In this document: one piece after another, positions 38,700 through 49,254 of the stretch
Layout of the letters: every line of letters starts with the position of its first letter
Numbering within the stretch: position 1 is the first letter of the stretch
Source of the DNA: Fimicolochytrium jonesii
Taxonomy: Eukaryota
Length of the DNA: 64,000 bases
NCBI RefSeq assembly: GCF_025526975.1
Contig: NW_026515675.1
Location: 682,001 to 746,000 of the forward strand
Direction: 5' to 3'
The notes under the pieces: model-generated
Database searches by the model: none
What the model was told of the DNA's origin: nothing
Seen by the model: the letters and a program-made list of their open reading frames with translations, nothing else
Position numbers and translations under genes: made by a program

Positions 38700-41600
38700 A
38701 TGAACGTCGGAAAGAAGGACGAGGACTCCGGTACGATTGCTTTTTACGGCGGAGACGTACTCAGCGTTTTGCTGCCCCTTCTAACGTGCGTCCAATGCTT
38801 GCAGATGCCGGTCTCTTCTACCACATTGACAAGAGCACTGTGCTGCAGGAGGCGCGCGCATTCAACGAAACCCCCATCAACGCGCGAAAATGCAGGCTCA
38901 TTCTGACGAAGCTGGCCTTCCTCTTCTACCAGTCGGAGGTGTTTCAGTCGAAGGAGGCCACGGAGACCTTTTTCTCGATGAACAGGCTGTTTTCGTCTCC
39001 AGATGTATGTGTGTAGTCTTCTGGCGATCAGTTGTGTGGGTGTGGACCTGTCACCGCTGAAGTTACTGATGAAGGGTTTCTCGATTGTTCGTAGACCGCA
39101 CTTCGTCAAATGATGTATCTCCTTATCAAGGAGCTGGCTGGGATTGCAGAAAACAGTTTCATGGTCATGCAGAGTATCATGCGAGACATGAACGCAAAAT
39201 CGGATGTCATCTTCCGTGCAAATGCCATCCGTGTCCTGCCAAAGATCGTCGATGTACGTATGCCCCGTTCGAAAGATTTCAATTCCAGTAATTTAACATT
39301 GGTGTCGTTTGCAGAGCACGATGTTGCAAGCGATTGAGCGATTCATCAAGCAAACGATTGTGGACAAAAACCCTAGCGTTTCGAGTGCTGCATTGGTTTC
39401 TTCCATGCACCTGTTCAACGCCAACAAAGAGGTTGTCAGGCGCTGGGCGAATGAAGTGCAGGAGGCGATGAACAACAGGGGCTCGATGACGCAGTATCAC
39501 GCAGTGGGCTTGCTCTACCAGATCCGACAGCACGATAGGATGGCGGTCATTAAGTTGGTGCAGAACTATTCTCGCGCGTCGTTGAGGTCGCCTCTTGCGT
39601 ATTGCATGTTGATAAGATTCGCATGCAAGATCATGGAGGATGAAGAGCCTGGGTACGCTACTTTCACCCCCTCCTCACCGTCGCGAACCTTGGTGCTGAC
39701 GGAAATTTGCAGACAACGATCCATGTATGAGTTGCTGGAGGGTTGGCTCAGACACAAGCATGATATGGTGGTGTATGAAGCGGCCCGCGCTATCTGTAAC
39801 TTGCGCGGAGCAACATCGCAAGAGCTGCTTCCGGCCGTCTCAGGTAAGCTTTGAATAGCAGGTCGAATAAAGATTTCGTTTGCTGACGAGCTTCGATGCA
39901 GCCCTTCAATTGATGCTTGTGAATAGCAAGCCCACACTACGCTTTGCCGCCATCCGCACGCTCAATAAGCTTGCAATGACCCATCCACAAATGGTCTTCC
40001 CCTGCAACATGGACATGGAGAACCTCATTACGGATACGAACCGTAGCGTTGCGACGTTTGCCATCACCACGTTGCTGAAGGTATTGCATGGCAACATGTA
40101 TGTTTTACGGCTGAACAGTATCTCACAGCGAGTTGCTGCATGCAGACCGGAACGGAAGCCAGCGTCGACCGCCTCATGAAGCAAATCACGGGCTTCATGA
40201 ACGAAATTTCCGATGAATTCAAAGTCATTGTGATCGACGCCATTCGCTCGCTTTGCTTGAAGTTCCCTTCGAAACAATCTTTGATGTTGAACTTCTTGTC
40301 CAACGTCTTGAGGGATGAAGGTGGCTACGAGTACAAGCGCGCCATTGTGGAGGCAATCTTCGATATTGTTCACCATATTCCGGAATCCAAGGAGTTTGGT
40401 AAAGTTCGTCGTTTTGCAGTCACCGGTGCGGAAGCCGTCGGCTCATACATACCCGTTTTAAGCTTTGTCGCACCTTTGCGAGTTCATCGAAGATTGTGAA
40501 TTCAACAAACTGGCCGTTCGAATCTTGCACCTTCTCGGAACTGAAGGGCCAAAGACACCCAAAGCGTCGAAATACATTCGCTACATCTACAACAGGGTTA
40601 TTCTGGAGAATGCTACAGTGAGAGCCGCGGCGGTGACAGCCCTTGCACGCTTCGCCGTGAACCTGCCTGAGCTCAGAGAACGCGTGAAAGTACTACTCAC
40701 GCGTTGTTTGGACGACAACGAGGATGAAGTGCGCGATCGGGCCATCATGTATCTCCGAATCATTGACAGTGACGAGCTGTGCAGGAAATACGTCGCGAAT
40801 GGTATGCGACCGTCGTTGGATTATAATTGTTTGCATGTACTAATCGCCCATTGGGCGTCAGACACGACATACAGCTGGCCTTCCCTGGAGCGCAACCTTG
40901 TGCATTATCTGAACGACCAGGCTGCACACACGCAGAGTTTCGACATCTCCACAACGCCGATAATCACGAAAGAGCAGGAGTCGGCCGAGCGATCTCGTAA
41001 GTTTTTAGATGATAGGGGCTTCAGTGTCGCCATGGCTTCTAAATTGTTTCCCAACAGGTCAACTCACCGCAGCCACCGAGGCGATAACGCCCGCCCTACG
41101 CAGCAACGCCACCCCCACTGCAACTTCCCAACCATCGGCAGCGCGTGGCGCAGATGCATTCAGCGGAGATGCCCAGGCCGGATATGCCGCCGCCATGGAC
41201 AAGGTTCCAGAACTGGCCAATCTCGGCCCTCTTTTCAAATCCTCGACACCAGTGCAGCTTACCGAGGCGGAAACAGAATACGTGGTCACTTGCGTCAAGC
41301 ATATCTTTGCCTCGCACGTCGTTTTCCAGTTCAATTGCCGCAACACTCTTAACGACTCGATTTTGGAGAAGCTAAACGTCCAAATGAAGATCGAGTCCTC
41401 CGATGACGACAACGTGGATGCTCTAGTCCCCGAATTCTCCATCCCCATCCCACAACTCATCTTCGACATTCCCCAAACCGCTTACGTCGTGTACCGGCGA
41501 GAAGGGGGCGCCTGCCCCACCGCGTCCTTCTCCAGCTCGTTGCACTTCTTCGTCAGGGACTGTGACCCGGCTACGGGTGAACCGGACGACGATGGACAAG

Positions 41601-42056
41601 GGTATGAGGATGAGTACCTCATCGAGGCCGTAGACCTTGTCGTGGCGGACTACGTGCTACCGACCTACGTGTCGGACTTCAGGAGGAACTGGGAAGATAT
41701 GGGGCAGGACTCCGAGGTGGTGGAGACGTATCAGTTGACAAATATGGCCAACATCAAAGGTATGTCGCTTCATTGCGGCCCACTGGTATTGTGTTACATG
41801 AAGCTAAGGCATTGTTCAATTAGCCGCGGTCACCAACCTCATCCAAGCCCTCGGTATGCATCCCAGCGAAGGGACAGATAACGTCGTCGACAAGGCGACC
41901 ACCCATACGTTGGCAATGGGAGGTATCTTTGCTGGAGGTCACAAGGTCTTGACCCGGTGTAGGATGTTGATTGGAGGGGAGGGTGTGACCGTTGAGATTG
42001 CGGCGCGGTGCAAGAACCCGGAGGTTGCGCAGAGGATAGTGGACGCCGTATGCTAG
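38700..42056 (+). CDS. SEC21: Coatomer subunit gamma, multi-exon
   Basis: [94 protein letters not shown]. Confidence 0.97.
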
Positions 42057-42202
42057 GACAGCCAGTCGCCCGATCCGTCCCTCTTTCCTGTAATCGATGT
42101 TTTCCAGAAATGTTTCTTCTGTCGCACAATGCGTTTGCGGATTGCGTACTTTGAGGCCTTCTCATCACAATATATATAAGCGTTGTACCTCTCCTCACAA
42201 GC

Positions 42203-42660
42203 AGGTGGTTGACCACCTTCATAGGACTCACGAATTCAGAACTCGAGGATGGAATTACAAACAAGGCACCGTATGTATTTATTTCACGAAGTGCCTATTA
42301 GCTCGCTCCAGGAGCGGCCTACATGCAAACGTATTCAAAGGCTTCTCCATGCCCTCCAGGTGCGAGGGGGGAAAGGAGCAGGGAAGGGGAACAAGCTTTC
42401 GCGGAACCAGCGCCAGTTGCGCCTTTGGTCCCGACGGCCGACCGGAAGCGCAGAACTGAGGAGCCATCTGTCCGGCATGGCATATCCCCATGCTCGGCTA
42501 ATGCGCATGCTCGTCTGATATACGGACCGTCAGTTTGCGGCGGTCCGAATGGCGCAAACTGCGCTGGGTTATTCGCGGCTGAATGTCCGCTTCGCTGAGT
42601 TAGCGCCCAGTCATGTGCTGGTCGTCCTCGTTCTGATTTTTCAGTGAATTTGTGTTTCGA
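42203..42660 (+). ncRNA. Candidate structured non-coding RNA of unknown family
   Basis: Nested long-range helices (42229-38/42645-54; 42244-51/42623-30; 42400-23/42551-77), several local hairpins, G-U pairs favouring the + strand, TATATATAA at 42171. Confidence 0.45.
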
Positions 42661-42744
42661 AAGTTCGAGGGCAGTGAGCCGTGCGACTTTGGTAAGCCAT
42701 TTTGGTAAGAAACGCAGATTGAACTGCTCGACGCAACACTCCCC

Positions 42745-45700
42745 TTAGCCCCACAAATTCGCATTGCGAGACGGCCCAGCCGCGGCGCTGAACCCCAAAA
42801 TGGGCGGCTGAGGCTCGTATTCAGGCTTGGACCGAGTATTGGCGCTCGCTGCGCGAGCCATTGGCGATACGAAAGCATCCCTTCCAGCCCCCATCCAAGT
42901 GAGTCCGCTGGACGAGGGGCCTTGAACTTTGTGGGCTTCTGTCCAAGCGGGAGCCGACTGTTGCCTTGCGGCTTCTGCATCTACAGGCTTGCCGAATGGA
43001 TAGGTGTACTCTCCTGACCACGCCGGTGTGAGATGTCCTGGAGGAGCTGAGTGAAGCTGACTGTGTGCGGTCACTCCGTTGTTTGACAAGGGAAAAGCAA
43101 CCGCGGATGTCGATGGAGGCGATGCATGTGTGTTCAGTCTGCAACAAGAATCAGAAAGATATGTTACTGTCATCCTTACGGAGAGAATAGACGGCACGTT
43201 CGCACCTCGGGAGACTTGGAGGCCCCATGCCGGGCGGGAAGAGTGGTACAGGGAACGTGTCCGCGTTCTCACATTCATCCATCATGTTTCCAAGCGGCGG
43301 CTTCATTCTAGCGTGGTCCCGGATGCCGGACTGTGCACTGCGGGATGGACCCAGACCCAGGAACGCCAAAGTATCGACGGCATCGGAGCTTGTTCCGAAT
43401 ATGCGTCCGGTATCAGGCGACTGGCTCACTTGCGGGTGTGCGGGCGACTTTCGGGGTACAGACATCGGTTGAGCTCCACGGGCACCCTGGAATAAAAACG
43501 ATGAGGAAAGTCTCAAACAAGAGCGAGGTCATGGAGCGCGACTTACAAAAGCGAAGTTGATATCGGCCTCAGTTGGGAGAACAATTTTATGACCAAACGC
43601 GTCTTCATCTACCCGGGCTTCCTGATGGTAAAAGGTGGCCGACGGGGAGAGGCTTTCTTGCAAATCCCCGCCTTGTGGCAACCATATTTGGGCTTGCGAA
43701 GCAGTAAGTGGAGTGGTAGGAGACGCCAAATGGCCAGAATGTGGTTGTACGTTTGTCTTGGAGGTATGACCAAATGATGAAGGTCCAGTGGAAGAAGTCC
43801 ATATGCCATCTTGAGACAGAGCCCGACCACCCGTAGTGCCAGTGGTTTGCGGGCCTTCTCTCGACATTTCCGAGAATCCGCTTCCTTGTGTACTGTTGGG
43901 ACCATTGTTGGACCGATGATTGGTTATAGCTGTATCGAGAGGTATCCCGCGGACGACATCTTTCAGAACCTCCACCGGAAGGACATGCTGCGGCACCGGG
44001 GCCTGAGGACTAACTACGAGAACCACTGTTTTGGAGGATTTCTTTGCAGTCAAGAAAAGCACCTGGACGAACGAGTCGAATCAGTATCCGTCAAGTCACG
44101 CAAGATTCAATGATCAATATACCTGGTGCTCGATCCAGAAAGAACAATCATTAACAATGCGCAGAAGCAATTGGCCAGTGCCCGAGATCGGGCTATGGGT
44201 GATGTCACGAATCTTGGCAGCGGGAAGAGACTTGAAGTATGGTCTGAATGGCAAATAATGTTCCAACGCCGCTTCTTCCGTGGTCATCCTCTCGGGATCC
44301 AAACGATCATCGTCAGAATGGATCGGCAAGCAAGATATCAAGGCTGAATAAAGTGAGGCCAGGCCCCTCCGGAGTGCGTGATTCGACGAGAGGCGCTCGG
44401 AATTCGAGCAGAACTCCGCCCTCACCCAAGCCATAGCAGTCAAGATAACGTTCAATCGGTCATCCCAACCCGCTGGAATCTCCCGTAAGACTTCCCCATT
44501 CGCGTCACCGAGCTCCATAATGTCCGATGTGGTTTGATCCGCCACCATGTTGATGAACTCCATGAAAAAAGATCGTACGGCTGAGTAGAGTTCTTTCTCG
44601 CCTTGTGACATCTGTACCATGCCAGCCCCTACGATCATCATCTGATGGACACTTTTGTGATCCAATTGTGACCTGATGACAGAAGATCGCATCGAATCAA
44701 GCCAAACTGCTTGTACAGCCAGAAAACTGCTCAAACTATGGGATCATAATAAGTTCGTCAGCGCCTGTACTTTGTTATGAACGACTTTGAAGTGATTACC
44801 TTCGGGTCCGGCCGACAGCATTGGCAACCAGGACAACAAACTGATCCAAAACCGCTTTCGGTCTGTCGGACGCCGCGCCAGACAAGGGAGACATCTTGAC
44901 ACGTTTCTGCACTTTATCGAACAGTATTTCCAGATTCTCCAAAGCTGTCGCGAATGGTCGCTCGATCAGAAGACTAGTAGGACATTGAATGAGTTCACTT
45001 GTTCAACTCAAATTGGCCATAGTCAGACCAACCTTCGCATGTAATTTTCCACAGCCTCGGGCTCGCTGCCCTCGTAAGAGGAGATCACAGCAAGCTGATT
45101 GTAGGGATTCCCATTCGTAGGGAGTACCAGAGCGGCAAGATTGTAGAATAGCTTGGCCAATCCCCACTTTGACTCCTTTCTATCCGCGTGGATCTCATGA
45201 TAACGAGCTAGACATTGAAGGTCGAGTTGAGTGAAGGGCGTCGCCAGGGATGGATCAGACGCGCAAGTTCAACTCACACAAATCGCCGAGATAAATCAAC
45301 GTTCGTTGTCCAGTGGACACCATTCGCTCCAAAGTCCCTTCTGCTAGCTGGAGTCGAGGTTCCGTGGAATCTGCAAGATTACAACGGTCAGATTCTGGGC
45401 CTCATTCTTGGCATGCTGGAATATCACCCCGTTACATTCTTGGCCAGTGATGATTAGAAGCTCCTTCATAACCTTCCGAAATCTTCCCTTCAAGTCATAT
45501 CGCTGATCCAATTTAAAGATCATCTGAGCATAGAACGCCGAAGCTTCAAACAAGAACGCTCGGAAGGCCGCTGTTAAGTTTCGTAGCTCTTTCTTGTCTT
45601 CTGGACGTCCAGATCGACGGACGCGCCCATTTACCTGTGGAAGGGCAGTTAGACTCCGACCCAAAGCAGTTTTGCAATGAGGGATCACTGAAACACTTAC

Positions 45701-46012
45701 ATCACGGTGAAGACGGCGAAATTCCTCGATGGCTTTGTAGTGCACCAGCTTCCACAACGTGCCTTCAACGTCTGTTTTCGAAGCCAGGTCATAGTCAAGC
45801 AGAATGATCTGTTCCAGGCGGTCTCGCAGCTCGAGTCGAACTTCTACGACGTCATCTTCGAACAAGCTGCCGCCTGGGCGTTTCAGGAGCTGCTTATATT
45901 TCCGTTCTAGCTCAGCCGTCGAGCTGCTGGCTCAAAGTCAGTAACGTACACGCAAATAACTCAGCGAGACGCAGGTTCCAAACCTTGGAATTGTCGGTGA
46001 CAAGCGGTTCAT
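42745..46012 (-). CDS. Est1/SMG7/Ebs1-family 14-3-3-like (TPR) protein with low-complexity C-terminus and no visible PIN domain
   Basis: EQIILLDY..DVEGTLWKLVHYKAIEEFR, LIYLGDLSRY, FYNLAALVLPTNGNPYNQLAVIS, PFATALENL; start at 46012 inferred from an in-phase first exon. Confidence 0.85.
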
Positions 46013-46170
46013 TCAAGCGGCCTCTGTGCCGTTTCTTTTCTGTAGGAGTCGACAGGACGCCTCCCACTGCTGCAGCCGATGCGAAGGAGCTGAGGGTTTC
46101 CAACTCACCAAGTTCACCAAACTGCCCTTCACAAGTTCCAATGGCCAATGTCTAAGCAATGTGCAAGCAG

Positions 46171-46259
46171 GCGCGGACGTGACAGAGGCTTTCTGTAAGC
46201 TTAACAACCTTGACATGATCATCCGAAGTCACGAAGTGAAACAGGATGGCTATGAAGTT
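46171..46259 (+). pseudogene. Isolated fragment of PPP-family (PP5-like) phosphatase exon
   Basis: GADVTEAFCKLNNLDMIIRSHEVKQDGYEV; begins just after a CTAAG..CAG intron end; no other phosphatase motifs nearby. Confidence 0.75.
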
Positions 46260-46600
46260 GGACTCGCCGACACTACTTTCTCGGACGAAAGTCGAAAGAT
46301 TTTGTTTCGTGCCATCTATGACAAATACCCCTCCCCTCTTACCACATACAACCAGCATCCCTTTTATTCTTTTCAGACGTTGTTTTCCCTCAACGAATAA
46401 ATATCATTATTGACTTGAGTCTTACCCTCAAAATTTGTCGTCTCCCTTGGTATGTACAAACACTCAGTACGCTGGATATGTGGGGAGCCCATTGGCTGCG
46501 TTTCGGCCCTTCTCCATTCCGGTCTTTTTAGCAGATCTTCGGCACTACTCCCCAGTGGATTCTCCGTCCCTCGACTTTGACTACTGCGAGACCTCGATGC

Positions 46601-46933
46601 TCAACGAGCTTCGAACTGCACCACTGCAAGTGAGTTGGTTACAGTTCGTCCACTTGGGCAAGCCGCATAGGCTTCCTATATCAGTCAAACTTACTCCTCT
46701 TTGTCCGCTTCTTATACATGATCCTGTAACCACAGTCCTTACACCGTATCGGTTCGCGGGGTTTGATTGTGTTATCCGCCCCACATTCTGGAAAAGAACG
46801 CTCGTCAGACCTTGTAAACTTCAGGATGGTCACGCAGAGATCAGGTGTCCTGACGGACTCAAAGCATGCAAGACATACCACCACAGACGTAAGTGACGTC
46901 CACACGAGGTTGTTGTGCGCCTGGTTGGTCCAT
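46601..46933 (-). CDS. RPC10: RNA polymerase I/II/III shared subunit Rpb12 (Rpc10/POLR2K), 3 exons
   Basis: [42 protein letters not shown]. Confidence 0.96.
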
Positions 46934-47044
46934 TTTGAAGCGTCGTTTGCCGTTTGCGAGAACGCTTGGGAATTGTCAAATCTCCAGCTGCAGGAGAGTT
47001 GACGGTCAGGTTGACGGTGAGCTTAGAAAGTTGGCGAGGCACGT

Positions 47045-47400
47045 GACCGCCGGACATCATTCTGGTGTGTCCACCTTTCAATTTGTCTGAGCCCCCACCG
47101 TTGAGATATAGGAGCATGACGAATTTGCTTTGCAAGTATCCATCGATCGCCGGTATTATGTAGGGAATATCATAATGAGCTCGGAACGGACCGCGAAACT
47201 CCTCCCAGTCTGTAAAGCCAGAGATGAAGGGTCGATCGAATTTCCCAATACCAGATCGGTTCGCCGTATTTGTTGCGTGGGGTGCCGTAACCGACCCTCT
47301 CCGGAAGCGCCCGCAGTTGCGAGATTTCCTCGGCGTCCACCAGAGGATCGATGACGACAGTGCCGGCGGTATAGATGCTTTCCGTTGTGAAATCACGGAG
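47045..47400 (-). pseudogene. Truncated, frame-broken prolyl-4-hydroxylase-like 2OG-Fe(II) oxygenase remnant
   Basis: VIDPLVDAEEISQLRALPERVGY in one frame and FRAHYD..SKFVMLLYLN..LKGGHTR in another; the distal His/Lys part is absent. Confidence 0.55.
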
Positions 47401-47880
47401 CGCCTCCGTCAGCGCCGCATTCAATACCGGTCGATGAAGCACGTTCGCAAGGAAGGGTGGGTGGCCCGGGAGACGCTAGGGTGCAGCACCATCAGTGACG
47501 TCTTGTGAAAGTCAGAGTGGGATTTGCGTGCAAAAGACAGTCCGTGCACCGTTGTCATCGCGGAGGATAGCATAAGAAGCCACAGTGAGTTAACCGCCCA
47601 AGCTGCGACAGCATTGCACCATCTTGGTATTTGATCAGATGATGTGAACCAGCGATGAAGCATGGTGTGCTTGCGTTCTAAGACGTACTATTCCTTAGTC
47701 GTAAAAGAGGAAGGGTGCGACTGCGAAAGAGTAATGGTGTGGCCGGACGTCCTTCGACGCGTTGTACATGTAGTATCATCGATTTCGGATCAGAACGCGT
47801 TTGGTACTGTACATAGAAGGTACTAACATCCATATCTGGAATTGTATGCGTGGAGGGCGAACGAGGTTAGGAGTGAATCT

Positions 47881-48140
47881 TGTCGTAATGCCCCCATGTC
47901 TTCCCTTTCGAAGTGTATCTTGAGGTCTTTCTTGGTAGCTTCCCTTTCTGCAGCGTCTGATGCGACGATTTGTGAGGTCGTCAACGTATACGGCGATGAT
48001 CACAAATCCTGTCGCCGTGCGCTTGTAGTACAGCGCCGAGTCGTAACTCGATACCGTGAATCCTCTTTCTTGTAGGTAGGTGTCGAGGACTTTGTTCCAT
48101 AGTCGTGGGGATTGCCCTTCCGACTGTACAACGAGCGCTT
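47881..48140 (-). mobile_element. Degenerate Ty1/copia reverse transcriptase fragment
   Basis: KRSLY /fs/ QSPRLWNKVLDTYLQERGF..DSALYY..IIAVYVDDL /fs/ ..KKDLKIHFEREDMG; two frameshifts; no LTRs seen. Confidence 0.9.
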
Positions 48141-49254
48141 CCTTTGACAGCTTCGACAGCTCAGGAATGCGAGTGATTGCATTGACGGGGCTTGGAGAGC
48201 CTGGCGAACAAAATCACCATTCCCATCGTCTCGTACCCAATCGTTGATATCCTATATAGCATCTGACTACATTGTGAGAGCAGATCCAGCGCCGGTTACC
48301 ATCCACTTACAGAGTTTGAGAACTCTGCTATCCTGAGGGAAACGGCGATCGTGAAACTCTCATTTCTAGCCTACCATGACTCGGCAGCACCGACGGCGGT
48401 CTGTCGGTATTTCAACAAGTGAAGCGCTAACGCATCTATGGCATGACAATGCTGATGAAGGTCGGGGCTCTTTCGTATCGCATAGAGTAAAATTTTGGTA
48501 GTTTTGAATTGCAGAGAGTTTCATTACGAGCTCATCGTAGCAGCGATGCGGGCAAGGAGCTGGGAGAAAAGCGATGATGGGAGCGTGGTCAAACTCCTTA
48601 CTATGATCAAGAAAAGTCGAAGAGTGTTGTATTGAAACTGAACATTGACTGTATCGCATCGCGTGCTCCTCAAAATGGAGGCCTCAGGTAGGAGGTCGGG
48701 CCAGATCCCGAGTCCAAAAAGCTAACTTATACGCCATGCCCACGGTCACCCGGCAACTCAAAAGGAAGACGCAGCCACGGGCTCTCAATATTCTGTAAAT
48801 GTCAGTCAAAATCCTGTTCCTGCTCTTTCGAACACCGCAATCACCAGCTGGCATAAGAGAACTGCGCCATAGTACCTGACCAACCCACGTCAGTATATCG
48901 GACCATGCGTCTAACGCTTTTTATGGTGGCATGGAAATCCTGGAAGGTGGACCTGAGAATTTTGGAACGTTCTTTGTGATGATGTCTTCGAGGCTTCGCT
49001 GGTGTGAAAGTTTGATGCGAATCCCACCGCGTTGACATGACGTTTCTTGTGGACAGCGACGGAGGACGGTGAACACACAGCCGCCAAGGTGAGAGCAAGG
49101 AAGAGAGAGGCTTGACCAACTCTACAAAAGCACTCATCGTTCCCATCGTCCTTCATCGTTCAGTGATTGTCATTCCACGCTCAGCAGCACTGTAGATACC
49201 CAACGTCACACTCCCACACGCTCAGTTCACACTTGCATCCCGCACATCACAACC

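Noticed and set aside
42208..42252. Resemblance to the U3 snoRNA 5' end (GTTGAC..TTCATAGGA) and box C'
   Set aside because: Box A is imperfect and boxes B and C are not found.
42456..42485. Hammerhead-like CTGAGGA followed by a GCCAT/ATGGC stem
   Set aside because: The required GAAA after stem II is absent (ATAT) and stems I and III cannot be formed.
42203..42710. Structured element as telomerase RNA (suggested by the Est1-like neighbour and an Sm-like site followed by GTAAG)
   Set aside because: No CTAACCC-type template or U-rich triple-helix pseudoknot is visible; kept only as an unclassified ncRNA candidate.
42692..42710. AGCCATTTTGG matches part of the dinoflagellate spliced leader
   Set aside because: An 11-nt match is compatible with chance, and no SL-RNA architecture is evident.
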